Shown one piece after another: positions 10,446-19,104 of a stretch of 64,000 bases of DNA. The position numbers and the translations under genes were made by a program. Under the pieces are notes generated by a model. The model was not told where the DNA came from. It searched no databases and saw only the letters and a program-made list of their open reading frames with translations. This DNA is from a virus. The first letter of the stretch is position 1; each line of letters begins with the position of its first letter. The stretch lies in the IMG/VR virus record IMGVR_UViG_3300037475_000032, positions 64,001 through 128,000 of that record; one strand, written 5' to 3'.

Positions 10446-10765
10446 GCGTATTCAGTCGTTCTAGTAGTTGTGGAGCCGCATCGAGGGCATATCATGTCCC
10501 TCTCTTGCTCAGGGGTCTGTTGCTCAGGGCCACCTTTTGAGTCCCATCGACAGAGATTGTCGAACGCTTCTTGGATGTGTCGGCAGTGTCCTCGATATTC
10601 GTAGCCCTTGCAGTCGCATATGAAGTCATCGATCCCGTCCGTGGGGAGAGGAACCATGACCTGATGAATCACACCAGGTTCAGACTCCGACTCCAAATCG
10701 ACAGTCCACCAGGGTAGCGCAGATTCGCACTTCTGAACATGAACGAGATCCATCCAGGCGATCAT
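10442..10765 (-). CDS. SWIM zinc-finger protein
   Basis: CDCKGYEYRGHCRH plus CPRCG. Confidence 0.75.
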   Translation of the reverse strand: MIAWMDLVHVQKCESALPWWTVDLESESEPGVIHQVMVPLPTDGIDDFICDCKGYEYRGHCRHIQEAFDNLCRWDSKGGPEQQTPEQERDMICPRCGSTTTRTTEYA

Positions 10766-11091
10766 AGCACACCTCGTCAGCCTACCCGTGCGTGCGCCAT
10801 TTTCCCTTCCGAGTCTTCCTGACCGAGTATTCGATCCGAATACTTTCAGTGTGAGTGTGTGGTCGAGTCTTCCTACCACTCCTGCCTGATACTCCTTTCC
10901 CTTCTCTATCAATAATCAGCCGACACGCGCGCAGGCGCGTATAGCATAACCACACGGATTCTTCAAGTCCCCAGTATTCACCGATTCACTGTTATACTTG
11001 CGGCAAGCGAGCAACCCAGCTTCGCACTTAGCGGTCGTGGTGGGCGACCTATAACTCCTACTGAGCAAACTACGTCAATGAAGGATGGTCC

Positions 11092-12804
11092 ATGGAGGCA
11101 GCGTCACTACCCGTCGAATCGGGTCCCGAGCAGTACGAGTTGAGCCCGATAATCGCCGATGGAGACGCAATGAGCCAATGGGCGTTCAAGCAGTACACGG
11201 ACAAGTACTCTTGGAAGGACGAGGCTGGAGAACCTACTGAGATCTGGCCCGACACCGCTTATCGAGTCGTCAGAAACGTCCTTGGAGCGCTTGGATACAC
11301 GGATTCTCACCCTGACTTCCAAGCCTTGCTCCGTCTTATCACGCAACGCAAGTTTATCCCCGGTGGGCGCTACTTGGCCTCTGCCGGGCGTCAGATTCAC
11401 CAGACCAACAACTGCTTCCTCTACCGCTGTGAGGACTCAAGGGAGGGTTGGGCGGACCTAGTTCGCAAGTCCATTATGGGACTCTCATCCGGTGGTGGCA
11501 TCGGAGTCGTGTACAGCGATGTTCGTGAGAACGGATCGCTCATCAAGAAGACCGGAGGTGTAGCCACTGGCCCACTCTCCCCGGCGAACATGGTTAACGA
11601 GGTTGCACGCCACGTCATGCAGGGCGGTCATCGTCGTTCGGCCATCTGGGGTGGCCTTCATTGGGATCACCCAGATGTCTTCGACTGGATCAAGGCCAAG
11701 GACTGGAGCGAGGAGATTAAGGCAGCCAAGGCCAAGGACTTCAATGCACCGGCTCCCATGGACATGACCAACATCTCGGTCATTCTCGACTCGGAGTTTT
11801 TCTTCGCGTACCAGGAGAGGGCACACCCGAAGCACGATTGGGCCATGAGGGTCTATTGGGCCACGGTCAGGAGCATGATCTCCAACGGAGAGCCCGGATT
11901 CAGCGTGGATATCGGTCAGAACGCCCGTGAGAACTTGCGAAACGCCTGCACAGAGATCACCAGTGAGGATGATTCGGATGTCTGCAACTTGGGCTCCATC
12001 AACATGGCCCGTATCGAGAACAAGGACGAGTTTAAACAGGCTGTGAGGCTAGGGATGCTGTTCCTTATCGCCGGAACCGTCTACTCGGACGTGCCGCACG
12101 ACGAGGTACGCTTGACAAGAGAGAAGAATCGTCGTACAGGACTCGGCCTGATGGGCGTACATGAGTGGCTTCTAACCCGTGGATACCGCTACGAGATGAG
12201 CGACGAGCTAGCCGACTGGCTTGACATCTACAAGAACGATAGCGACCATCATGCCGAGCAGATCGCCAAGCAACACAACCTCTCCGTGCCGGTCAAGAAG
12301 CGAGCCATCGCCCCCAATGGCACTATTGGGATCATCGGCGAAACGACGACATCGGCAGAGCCGATCTTCTGTGTTGCCTACAAGCGTCGCTTCATCGACA
12401 ACGACCGCAAGTGGCGCTACCAGTACGTCATCGACCCCACCGCCCATCGCCTCATCACGGAGAAGGGCGTGCATCCTGACGACATCGAGGACGCCTACTC
12501 GCTCAGCTACAACGTCGAGCGACGCATCAGCTTCCAGGCCGACTTGCAGGACTACATCGATCACGGCATCTCGTCTACAATCAACCTTCCCTACCCAATC
12601 GTGGATGAGCAAGAGGTCAAGGACTTCGGGCTCACGCTCATGAAGTACCTGCCCCGCTTGCGTGGGATCACCTGCTACCCCGATGGAGCCCGTTCAGGAC
12701 AGCCACTAGAAGCGGTCCCGTACGACATCGCCAAGGACCACACGGGGGTCACGCTAGACGAGGATCGAGACCAGGCTTGTGCTTCCGGCGCTTGTGGTGT
12801 ATAG
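11092..12804 (+). CDS. nrdJ: class II (AdoCbl-dependent) ribonucleotide reductase
   Basis: PGGR, NNCF, GGGIG, NACTEI, CNLGSIN, IAPNGT, C-terminal CASGAC; no beta-subunit gene nearby. Confidence 0.88.
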   Translation: MEAASLPVESGPEQYELSPIIADGDAMSQWAFKQYTDKYSWKDEAGEPTEIWPDTAYRVVRNVLGALGYTDSHPDFQALLRLITQRKFIPGGRYLASAGRQIHQTNNCFLYRCEDSREGWADLVRKSIMGLSSGGGIGVVYSDVRENGSLIKKTGGVATGPLSPANMVNEVARHVMQGGHRRSAIWGGLHWDHPDVFDWIKAKDWSEEIKAAKAKDFNAPAPMDMTNISVILDSEFFFAYQERAHPKHDWAMRVYWATVRSMISNGEPGFSVDIGQNARENLRNACTEITSEDDSDVCNLGSINMARIENKDEFKQAVRLGMLFLIAGTVYSDVPHDEVRLTREKNRRTGLGLMGVHEWLLTRGYRYEMSDELADWLDIYKNDSDHHAEQIAKQHNLSVPVKKRAIAPNGTIGIIGETTTSAEPIFCVAYKRRFIDNDRKWRYQYVIDPTAHRLITEKGVHPDDIEDAYSLSYNVERRISFQADLQDYIDHGISSTINLPYPIVDEQEVKDFGLTLMKYLPRLRGITCYPDGARSGQPLEAVPYDIAKDHTGVTLDEDRDQACASGACGV

Positions 12805-12812
12805 TACCGGGA

Positions 12813-13199
12813 ATGATCCAGAACTTCGTTGACTGCTTCATCAAGGAGCAGAAGAAACTATTCGTAGACTACCATCCGGGCTCCTACGAGGCAATCGTAG
12901 AAGAGGTCATCAAGGCCATTAACCCGGACAGCGACTACGATCTGCCCGACCCTTCCCGCATCCACACGATTGATGACGGGGACTACCAGGGCACGCTTGT
13001 CTTCGTCATCGGGGCAGGTGGCTACCAGCCGCACCGCTACTGGGCTACGTCGGTTAGCTATGGCTCGTGCGGAGGCTGCGATACCCTCCAGGGCATCAGG
13101 GACGAGGGGCACACGGAAGATGGAGCGCCGACTGAGAGTCAGACGGCTGATTACCAGACCTTGGCCCTCCATCTCGTTCAGAGCTTGACGGAGATCTGA
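12813..13199 (+). CDS. hypothetical phage protein
   Basis: DDGDYQG..YGSCGGCD. Confidence 0.75.
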   Translation: MIQNFVDCFIKEQKKLFVDYHPGSYEAIVEEVIKAINPDSDYDLPDPSRIHTIDDGDYQGTLVFVIGAGGYQPHRYWATSVSYGSCGGCDTLQGIRDEGHTEDGAPTESQTADYQTLALHLVQSLTEI

Positions 13200-13200
13200 A

Positions 13201-13569
13201 ATGCCCCCCCGCGAGGCAACTAAGCTCTGGCACGATGACGTGCGCCCTGCACCGGAGGGTTGGCGCTGGGCTCAGACCAACCAAGAGGCGCAGCACATAC
13301 TCGAATCCTTCGATGTCGTGGAGTGCTCCCTTGACCACGATCTAGGGGCACCTCTCGGCAACATCTTCGTGGCCGGACACTCCCCGGAGGGCACCGGCTA
13401 CGATCTTGTGCGCTGGATGATCGAGAACAATCAGGTCCCGGCCAAGGTCACGATCCATTCGTGGAGCTACGATGGCGCACGCCGCATGGCGAGGGCCTTG
13501 GAGGACGCCGGACACGCTCCTGTGGTCGCCCCGTACGAGGTTCCCCGAGAGATGAACTGGATCAGATAG
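13201..13569 (+). CDS. cyclic-phosphate-processing receiver domain protein
   Basis: LWHDDVRPAPEGW, SLDHDLG, GTGYD, IHS. Confidence 0.85.
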   Translation: MPPREATKLWHDDVRPAPEGWRWAQTNQEAQHILESFDVVECSLDHDLGAPLGNIFVAGHSPEGTGYDLVRWMIENNQVPAKVTIHSWSYDGARRMARALEDAGHAPVVAPYEVPREMNWIR

Positions 13570-13580
13570 AATGGCCTTGT

Positions 13581-14399
13581 ATGGATCGGCCTTCCCAATA
13601 CCAGCGCTACCTCCAGTCTGAGCACTGGAGGGGCACGAAGGAAGCCTTCTGGAGCCAAGTTGAGAGGGCTTGTGAGGTATGTGGGAGCGAACATCAGCTA
13701 GAGGTGCATCACTGCTCCTACGCAAGGATCGGACGCGAGGAGTGGGGAGATCTAGTCGCTCTCTGTCGCCGCTGCCACGAGGCCGTCCATAGGCTCATTG
13801 AGAATGGTCAGGCCGAGCTTGAGAACGCTCATCTAGTACTCGATGGAGAAACGCCTGCATCGCCCCTGAGGATGCGTGGGAGGGTTAGGAGGGGCGATGT
13901 CTTGCAGGCCGACTCGGCAAAGCGACCCTTCGCGGCCAGTAGCGTCCCGCTCTTTGTCGAAGATGGCAAGACCTACACAGTCTCGGACCTAGACCACATC
14001 GCCACGCACATGCTCTGGATGCAGGGTGTTGGGGAGCACCGAATCCTCTTTACTCGTGCGCAGTGGAGGAACCGACTGACACCTGAGCTATTCGCCTCCG
14101 GGGACGTGATGGCCCCAGATCCCTCCTACACCTACGACCGCCATCACAACAGCATCGCGGGCATGTACAACCGCACCCATCCCGAAGGCCGTCAGTGGAA
14201 TAGTGAGGAGGAACGCAAAGAGTCGGGGCGCTCCTTCTACCGCAACACCAAAGTCACGGAGCATCGCGCTGTCGGCAAGTTCGTTTCGTCCTCGGCCCCA
14301 ACAATCACGAGGAACCTCACTAAACCGCTCTCCAAGCTAGAGATTGCCCTGATGGAGGCTGAGGAGAGGCGCGCAAAGAAAATCTTGAAGGCGGGGTAG
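13581..14399 (+). CDS. HNH endonuclease domain fused to an unknown domain
   Basis: YLQSEHW..CEVCG..VHHCSY..LVALCRRCH. Confidence 0.75.
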   Translation: MDRPSQYQRYLQSEHWRGTKEAFWSQVERACEVCGSEHQLEVHHCSYARIGREEWGDLVALCRRCHEAVHRLIENGQAELENAHLVLDGETPASPLRMRGRVRRGDVLQADSAKRPFAASSVPLFVEDGKTYTVSDLDHIATHMLWMQGVGEHRILFTRAQWRNRLTPELFASGDVMAPDPSYTYDRHHNSIAGMYNRTHPEGRQWNSEEERKESGRSFYRNTKVTEHRAVGKFVSSSAPTITRNLTKPLSKLEIALMEAEERRAKKILKAG

Positions 14400-14413
14400 T
14401 ATTTTGCTATCCT
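14385..14413 (+). promoter_or_regulatory. sigma70-type promoter of the RNA array
   Basis: TTGAAG-N17-TATCCT. Confidence 0.55.
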
Positions 14414-14533
14414 TCCGTGGCGTAGGATATGAAGCACTTATGCAGAGCTATTTTGGACACCTGAATATCGAAGCAAAGGCTGGTTCGCCAGTCTCATAGC
14501 TCCTGGTCCCATATCACCACGATAGGTCCCAGG

Positions 14534-14573
14534 AGCCCTCCGAGAAAGATTTCTCAGGAGGGCTTCAACTTTT
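14534..14573 (+). terminator. terminator-like hairpin in the array leader (possible attenuator)
   Basis: AGCCCTCC-GAGAA..TTCTC-GGAGGGCT followed by TCAACTTTT. Confidence 0.6.
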
Positions 14574-14645
14574 CAGGAGAGTGTGGTAGAGTCTCGAACG
14601 AAGCGGTCAGGCAGAGCCGCTAACATAGAAATCGCCAGCCAAGAT

Positions 14646-14718
14646 GCCCTTGTAGCCCAACGGACAAGGCACTCGCCTTCTAAGCGAGCGATTGGGGGTT
14701 CGATTCCCTCCAAGGGCG
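14646..14718 (+). tRNA. tRNA-Arg(TCT)
   Basis: cloverleaf, CTCGC ctTCTaa GCGAG. Confidence 0.93.
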
Positions 14719-14899
14719 CTACCGGCTTTACTCCCACCGGACATACTCAACGGGAGTGCGCAGGGTAAAAACCTACGTTGGCAGCGGTAACCATACCGCA
14801 ATGCGGGGATGTGCTCCCGTGGCCCCTAAGCCTAACAGCCGGGGTCTAGTTGCCACAGTCGAGGTCGCGCCCGGAAAAGTAGTGTCCTGCGTTCAACAT

Positions 14900-14983
14900 G
14901 CGTGTCAGGTGACTATCGGTTTGTCTCAGCGGGCTGTAACCCCGTGGCCTCTGGCTTGGAAGGTTCGACTCCTTCGGCACGCA
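14900..14983 (+). tRNA. tRNA-Tyr(GTA), atypical D arm
   Basis: ctGTAac, variable arm, TTCGA. Confidence 0.8.
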
Positions 14984-14987
14984 CTCT

Positions 14988-15070
14988 GCGCAAATGATGG
15001 AATGGTAGACATGCTGTCTTGAGGAGGCAGTGCCCTAACGGGCGTGAGGGTTCGACTCCCTCTTTGCGCA
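14988..15070 (+). tRNA. tRNA-Leu(GAG)
   Basis: cloverleaf, long variable arm. Confidence 0.92.
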
Positions 15071-15074
15071 TCAT

Positions 15075-15156
15075 GCCGAAGTGATGGAATGGTAGACGTG
15101 CCACGCTTAGAACGTGGTGCCCTTGTGGCGTGCGGGTTCGACTCCCGCCTTCGGCA
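15075..15156 (+). tRNA. tRNA-Leu(TAG)
   Basis: CCACG ctTAGaa CGTGG. Confidence 0.93.
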
Positions 15157-15158
15157 CT

Positions 15159-15231
15159 TGCAGTAAGGTGGTCTGGATGACCATTTGTGGCTCATATCCA
15201 CAAGAGGAGAGTTCGATTCTCTCTGCTGCTA
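15159..15231 (+). tRNA. tRNA(CAT) Met, atypical
   Basis: TGTGG ctCATat CCACA; 1:72 mismatch. Confidence 0.75.
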
Positions 15232-15234
15232 TAC

Positions 15235-15316
15235 GTCTCTGTGGTGGAACTGGCAGACACGCACGGTTCAAACCCGTGTGCCATTTGGCGTGAGGGTTCG
15301 ACTCCCTCCAGGGACA
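15235..15316 (+). tRNA. tRNA-Leu(CAA)
   Basis: CACGG ttCAAac CCGTG. Confidence 0.93.
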
Positions 15317-15326
15317 TGTAGTACGA

Positions 15327-15399
15327 GGGGCTATAGCTCAGTTGGGAGAGCATCGCGCTGGCAGTGCGAGGGTCAGGGGTTCGAGTCCCCTTAGCTCCA
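15327..15399 (+). tRNA. tRNA-Ala(GGC)
   Basis: G3:U70, ctGGCag. Confidence 0.95.
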
Positions 15400-15499
15400 T
15401 CGTCGCTTCCGGGTTGCCCGTGCCAGCGGGGACCGGACAAACACACTCCCTGGCAGGAGTGGAACAATACGGCCACAAGTGCCGGGCGGATGAAGTTTA

Positions 15500-15573
15500 C
15501 AGAACGTGGCGCAGCTTGGTAGCGTGCTCCCTTGGGGTGGGAGAGGTCGCGGGTTCAAATCCCGCCGTTCTGA
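15500..15573 (+). tRNA. tRNA-Pro(GGG)
   Basis: cloverleaf. Confidence 0.93.
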
Positions 15574-15577
15574 CTGA

Positions 15578-15648
15578 CGGGGACAAGTGTTATGGCCGCA
15601 CGGGGCGTTTGGGGCGCTCTAGTCAGAGTTCGATTCTCTGGTCCCCGA
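15578..15648 (+). tRNA. tRNA-Pro(TGG)
   Basis: cloverleaf. Confidence 0.88.
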
Positions 15649-15746
15649 TAGCGTTGATGGTAAGTCGTGTCTAGGTGACAGGTGCCGGATCACCACTCAT
15701 TGAGTGCCGGAACAACATCGAGTCAACCGTCGCGGTCAACGCATAG

Positions 15747-15820
15747 CAGGATATGGCGCAGTCTGGTAGCGCGCTCCCCTCGGACGGGAGAGGTCGGAGG
15801 TTCGAATCCTCTTATCCTGA
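15747..15820 (+). tRNA. tRNA-Pro(CGG)
   Basis: cloverleaf. Confidence 0.93.
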
Positions 15821-15921
15821 TAGTCGGAAACCCTCGCGCAAGGGCGTATTGGAAGGGAGTCATGACCCCGAAGACATCGGAAGTAGCGGACAAAGGTACG
15901 CCTACCCGGTGCGGCTAACAT

Positions 15922-15993
15922 GCCTACATGGTGTAAGTGGTATCATCCTGACCTGGTACGTCAGTGTCCCGAGTTCGATTCTCGGTGTAGGCT
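15922..15993 (+). tRNA. tRNA-Thr(GGT)
   Basis: CTGAC ctGGTac GTCAG. Confidence 0.9.
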
Positions 15994-15994
15994 T

Positions 15995-16186
15995 ATGGTA
16001 TGCAAGAGTGGAAAGAGAACATATCCCTCGAAGCGGCAAGCTGCTAAGCGAGCCGTGAATCTCAGCATCCAGGAAGGGAAGGGTCTTTGGCCGTACAAGT
16101 GCCCGGAATGTCCCGATTGGCACTTGACATCGAAACGGCCGTCGAAGCGCTCTTACAAGTGCCGCGATGGGACCCGCAACCGATAG
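15995..16186 (+). CDS. small Zn-binding phage protein
   Basis: MVCKSGKRTY..YKCPECPDWHLTS. Confidence 0.7.
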   Translation: MVCKSGKRTYPSKRQAAKRAVNLSIQEGKGLWPYKCPECPDWHLTSKRPSKRSYKCRDGTRNR

Positions 16187-16189
16187 CTT

Positions 16190-16261
16190 GCCTGCTAGGT
16201 GTTTACGGTGGCACACTTCACTCGTAATGAAGAGGACGGGGCTCGAATCCCCGAGTGGGCT
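16190..16261 (+). tRNA. tRNA-Thr(CGT)
   Basis: CTTCA ctCGTaa TGAAG. Confidence 0.85.
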
Positions 16262-16266
16262 TAGAT

Positions 16267-16335
16267 GGGGTGTAGGTCATGGTGACCAATCGGATTCCAA
16301 ACCCGAAGGCGAGCGTTCGATTCGTTCACGCCCCG
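16267..16335 (+). tRNA. tRNA-Trp(CCA)
   Basis: ttCCAaa loop, TTCGA. Confidence 0.85.
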
Positions 16336-16445
16336 CTCGACGTGCTGCAAGCGACGGCTTGTAGAGTTGTGGTGCTGTAGTCGAAGGCACGCGCCAGCAA
16401 CAATGCTGCCCGTGGACAGGCTTAAAACCTCTCTCGCGGGCTTTT

Positions 16446-16519
16446 GGTTCCTTAGCTCAGTTGGTTAGAGCGCCGCCCTGTCAAGGCGGAGGTCACGGGT
16501 TCGAGTCCCGCAGGGACCG
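16446..16519 (+). tRNA. tRNA-Asp(GTC)
   Basis: canonical cloverleaf. Confidence 0.95.
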
Positions 16520-16525
16520 CTTCAT

Positions 16526-16597
16526 GCGTTCGTATGGTTAGTGGTAGACCCTCCGACTTTTAATCGGAAAGCTGGGGTTCGATTCCCCACGAACGCA
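16526..16597 (+). tRNA. tRNA-Lys(TTT)
   Basis: TCCGA ctTTTaa TCGGA. Confidence 0.9.
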
Positions 16598-16767
16598 CTA
16601 GACGTGGTGACCGTCTAAGAAGGTGTAGGCCCTTGTTAGGGTTGAACCTCGTAAACTCACCACCGCCCGGTTCCCTACACCGGCAAAGGCACGGTAGGGC
16701 GTGTCATGACAATAGAGGGGTTCACGTTCCCGTCAGGGAGTCGTGCTTCGTCTCGGCGGTTCTACTT

Positions 16768-16842
16768 AGACCCTTAGCTTAGATGGCCTAAAGCGTCGGT
16801 TTTACACACCGAAGATCCTGGGTTCGAAACCCAGAGGGTCTA
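16768..16842 (+). tRNA. tRNA-Val(TAC)
   Basis: cloverleaf. Confidence 0.92.
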
Positions 16843-16883
16843 CTTGCGTCAGGTTCTTTTCCTCCTTTCTTCCTGACGCTTTT

Positions 16884-16955
16884 GGGCGACTAGCTCATTG
16901 GGAGAGCGCCTGCGTGACATGCAGGAGGTACGGGGTTCGATCCCCCGGCCGCCCA
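16884..16955 (+). tRNA. tRNA-Val(GAC)
   Basis: cloverleaf. Confidence 0.92.
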
Positions 16956-16966
16956 CTGTAGTACAT

Positions 16967-17389
16967 GGGCCTGACAGGCTTCGACTTCATGAGAGGCTGT
17001 TGGCGTCATGCAGCGGTATGGACACACCTTAAGGTCCAACGTCATAATCGGCAACGATACAGACACGCTAGCAATCCCGGCATCGTTCCTTGCAGGTGAG
17101 CAGATGGCTCCTGCGGAGGTTCACGTCGGAGGCGCAGCACTCGCACTGGTTTAGACCCCAGTGCCGGGTTTCTCACACTCCCTGTGAACAGAAAGTGTGA
17201 GTGGTGCATCAGTGCAAGCTCGTACCGTAGTAATGCAGGATGGTAGCCCCGCGCGTTTTCCTAGTTTCCCGATATGAACTAGGTGGTGGAAAAGATGGCG
17301 GCAAGCCCGTCGTCCCCGGTAGTGAAAGCTGCTAGACAATGACCCAAAGAAGCGCATGGAACACGAGGGTTCGATTCCCTCCAGGTCCA
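16967..17389 (+). ncRNA. ssrA: tmRNA
   Basis: 5' GGGCCTGACAGGCTTCGAC, 3' GAGGGTTCGATTCCCTCCAGGTCCA with G3:U70; tag ORF 17050-17154 ending AALALV*. Confidence 0.93.
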
Positions 17390-17393
17390 CTAT

Positions 17394-17465
17394 CTCCTTA
17401 TAGTCCAATGGATAAGACGACCGCCTCCTAAGCGGTAGATTCAGGTTCGACTCCTGATGGGGAGA
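17394..17465 (+). tRNA. tRNA-Arg(CCT)
   Basis: cloverleaf. Confidence 0.93.
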
Positions 17466-17565
17466 CTCTTGTAGCGCCCTAGCCATTGCGAAGGGCTCGG
17501 TTGCGGGGAACGGACAGATAATCTCGCTTCCAAGTGGTCTGTCACTTGTGGTGTCTATGAGAAAT

Positions 17566-17653
17566 GGAAAGACGGCAACGGCTGGCGACGCAGCTTCCCT
17601 GCTAAGGAAGTGGTCCTTCATTGGGCCTATGGGTTCGATCCCCATTCTTTCCG
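17566..17653 (+). tRNA. tRNA-Ser(GCT)
   Basis: long variable arm, G73. Confidence 0.88.
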
Positions 17654-17805
17654 CTCAATCTTGGTCGTAGGCTATTCCCTACCACAGCTAGAGTTCGAAC
17701 TGGCAAGGGGAGTAAGACGATAGCCCCGCTGCGGAGCGGATCAGCCCGGATCTCGTGCCTACACAAAACGGACAGTAAGTAGCCGGGGCCTACCAAGATG
17801 TTCAT

Positions 17806-17877
17806 TCTCCTGTGGCGCAATGGCAGCGCGGCAGCCTGTTAAGCTGACGGTTGAAGGTTCGAGTCCTTCCGGGAGAG
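17806..17877 (+). tRNA. tRNA-Asn(GTT)
   Basis: cloverleaf. Confidence 0.93.
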
Positions 17878-17879
17878 CT

Positions 17880-18233
17880 ATGGTTCGTAACTGTAAGAAG
17901 CACGGAGAGGTGAGACATCGATCTCGCGGAAAGCGAGGTTGGCGTTGTACTCTCTGCGCCAACGAATCAGTCTCGAACAGTCGCAGAAAGATCAAGCGTA
18001 TCCTTGTGGAAGAACACGGAAGCGCTTGCAAGATCTGTGGCTACAATCGTTGTATCGCGGCCCTTCACTTTCATCATGTCGATCCAGAGACTAAGAGCTT
18101 TGGGGTCGCGGCAGGAGGAAGTGCAAGGTCGCTCAAGAGAGCACGCGAAGAGGCCGCCAAGTGCGTCCTTTTGTGCTCGAACTGCCACGCCGAGATAGAG
18201 GCTGGCATTACGTCCCTGTGGCCGAATGGTTAG
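17880..18233 (+). CDS. HNH endonuclease
   Basis: CKICGY..ALHFHHVDP..KCVLLCSNCH; 3' end overlaps tRNA-Cys. Confidence 0.88.
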   Translation: MVRNCKKHGEVRHRSRGKRGWRCTLCANESVSNSRRKIKRILVEEHGSACKICGYNRCIAALHFHHVDPETKSFGVAAGGSARSLKRAREEAAKCVLLCSNCHAEIEAGITSLWPNG

Positions 18234-18282
18234 GTACGCGGCTGCAACCCGTGGTATGCAGGTTCGACTCCTGTCAGGGACT
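18212..18282 (+). tRNA. tRNA-Cys(GCA)
   Basis: cloverleaf, U73. Confidence 0.92.
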
Positions 18283-18326
18283 TGCAGGTAGCGGCGTCTG
18301 CCTGAGATGGCTCAACGCCGCGCTTT

Positions 18327-18412
18327 GGAAGGTGACCGGCATGGACGAGGACACCGCCTTGAAAGCGGCTGGGGACTAACCGCCCTCAAGGGTTCGATTC
18401 CCTTACCTTCCG
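18327..18412 (+). tRNA. tRNA-Ser(TGA)
   Basis: long variable arm. Confidence 0.88.
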
Positions 18413-18443
18413 CTCCTATCCCCGCAAAGCAAAGGATTGTATC

Positions 18444-18857
18444 TTGAGAGCAGTCATGTACCTCTTTGCCAACAAAGGGCTCGGCATGTCGTCGGGCAAG
18501 ATGTCGGCACAAGTGGCCCACGCAGCGGTCGAGGCATTTCACATCAGCGATCCCGAGTTGGTTGCTCAGTGGTACGTCGGCGGCCATTACTGCAAGTACG
18601 TGATGGCAGCGGAGGATGAAGTTCACCTTCACACCATCAAGTACTACCTGGAGCAGCGGGGCTTCAAGACGAAGCTCATTGTCGATGAGGGTCACACGGA
18701 GATCCGTCCTCATACGGCTACGGCTCTGGGTGTCGAGATCGTGGACAAGGATGACGCTCATGTCGCTGCCACGTTCGGAGACTTCAAGATCTACCGCGAT
18801 CCTCCAGTGCGTCCTAAACCGGATAAGCTGAGGCGTCGTAGGTGGTATCACTCATAG
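18444..18857 (+). CDS. peptidyl-tRNA hydrolase, Pth2 type
   Basis: LGMSSGKMSAQVAHAAV, IVDEGHTEI, TALG. Confidence 0.9.
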   Translation: MRAVMYLFANKGLGMSSGKMSAQVAHAAVEAFHISDPELVAQWYVGGHYCKYVMAAEDEVHLHTIKYYLEQRGFKTKLIVDEGHTEIRPHTATALGVEIVDKDDAHVAATFGDFKIYRDPPVRPKPDKLRRRRWYHS

Positions 18858-18882
18858 CAGTCAAGTCAAGGAGAAAAGAACA

Positions 18883-19086
18883 GTGGCACTACTCGCAAGA
18901 CAGGACAACACCCCCCCCGCACTCGCCGCTGAGCTAGATGCTCACAAGCAGCGCTATCAGGCGGGCCGCGCATCGGTCATCGAGCGTGGGACTCAGAGGG
19001 TCGCCCAGATCAAGCACCTCCAGAAGGAGCTTGAGGCTGAGGCTTCCGCCCATCAAGCTGTGTTGGAGCAAGCACACCAGTCGTAA
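18883..19086 (+). CDS. small coiled-coil protein
   Basis: AAGGAG RBS. Confidence 0.65.
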   Translation: MALLARQDNTPPALAAELDAHKQRYQAGRASVIERGTQRVAQIKHLQKELEAEASAHQAVLEQAHQS

Positions 19087-19104
19087 GACAGCAAGGGAGT
19101 CGTC

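Noticed and set aside
11092-12804. Intein or intron in nrdJ, terminase or helicase
   Set aside because: The ORFs are compact and uninterrupted, with no intein splice motifs seen
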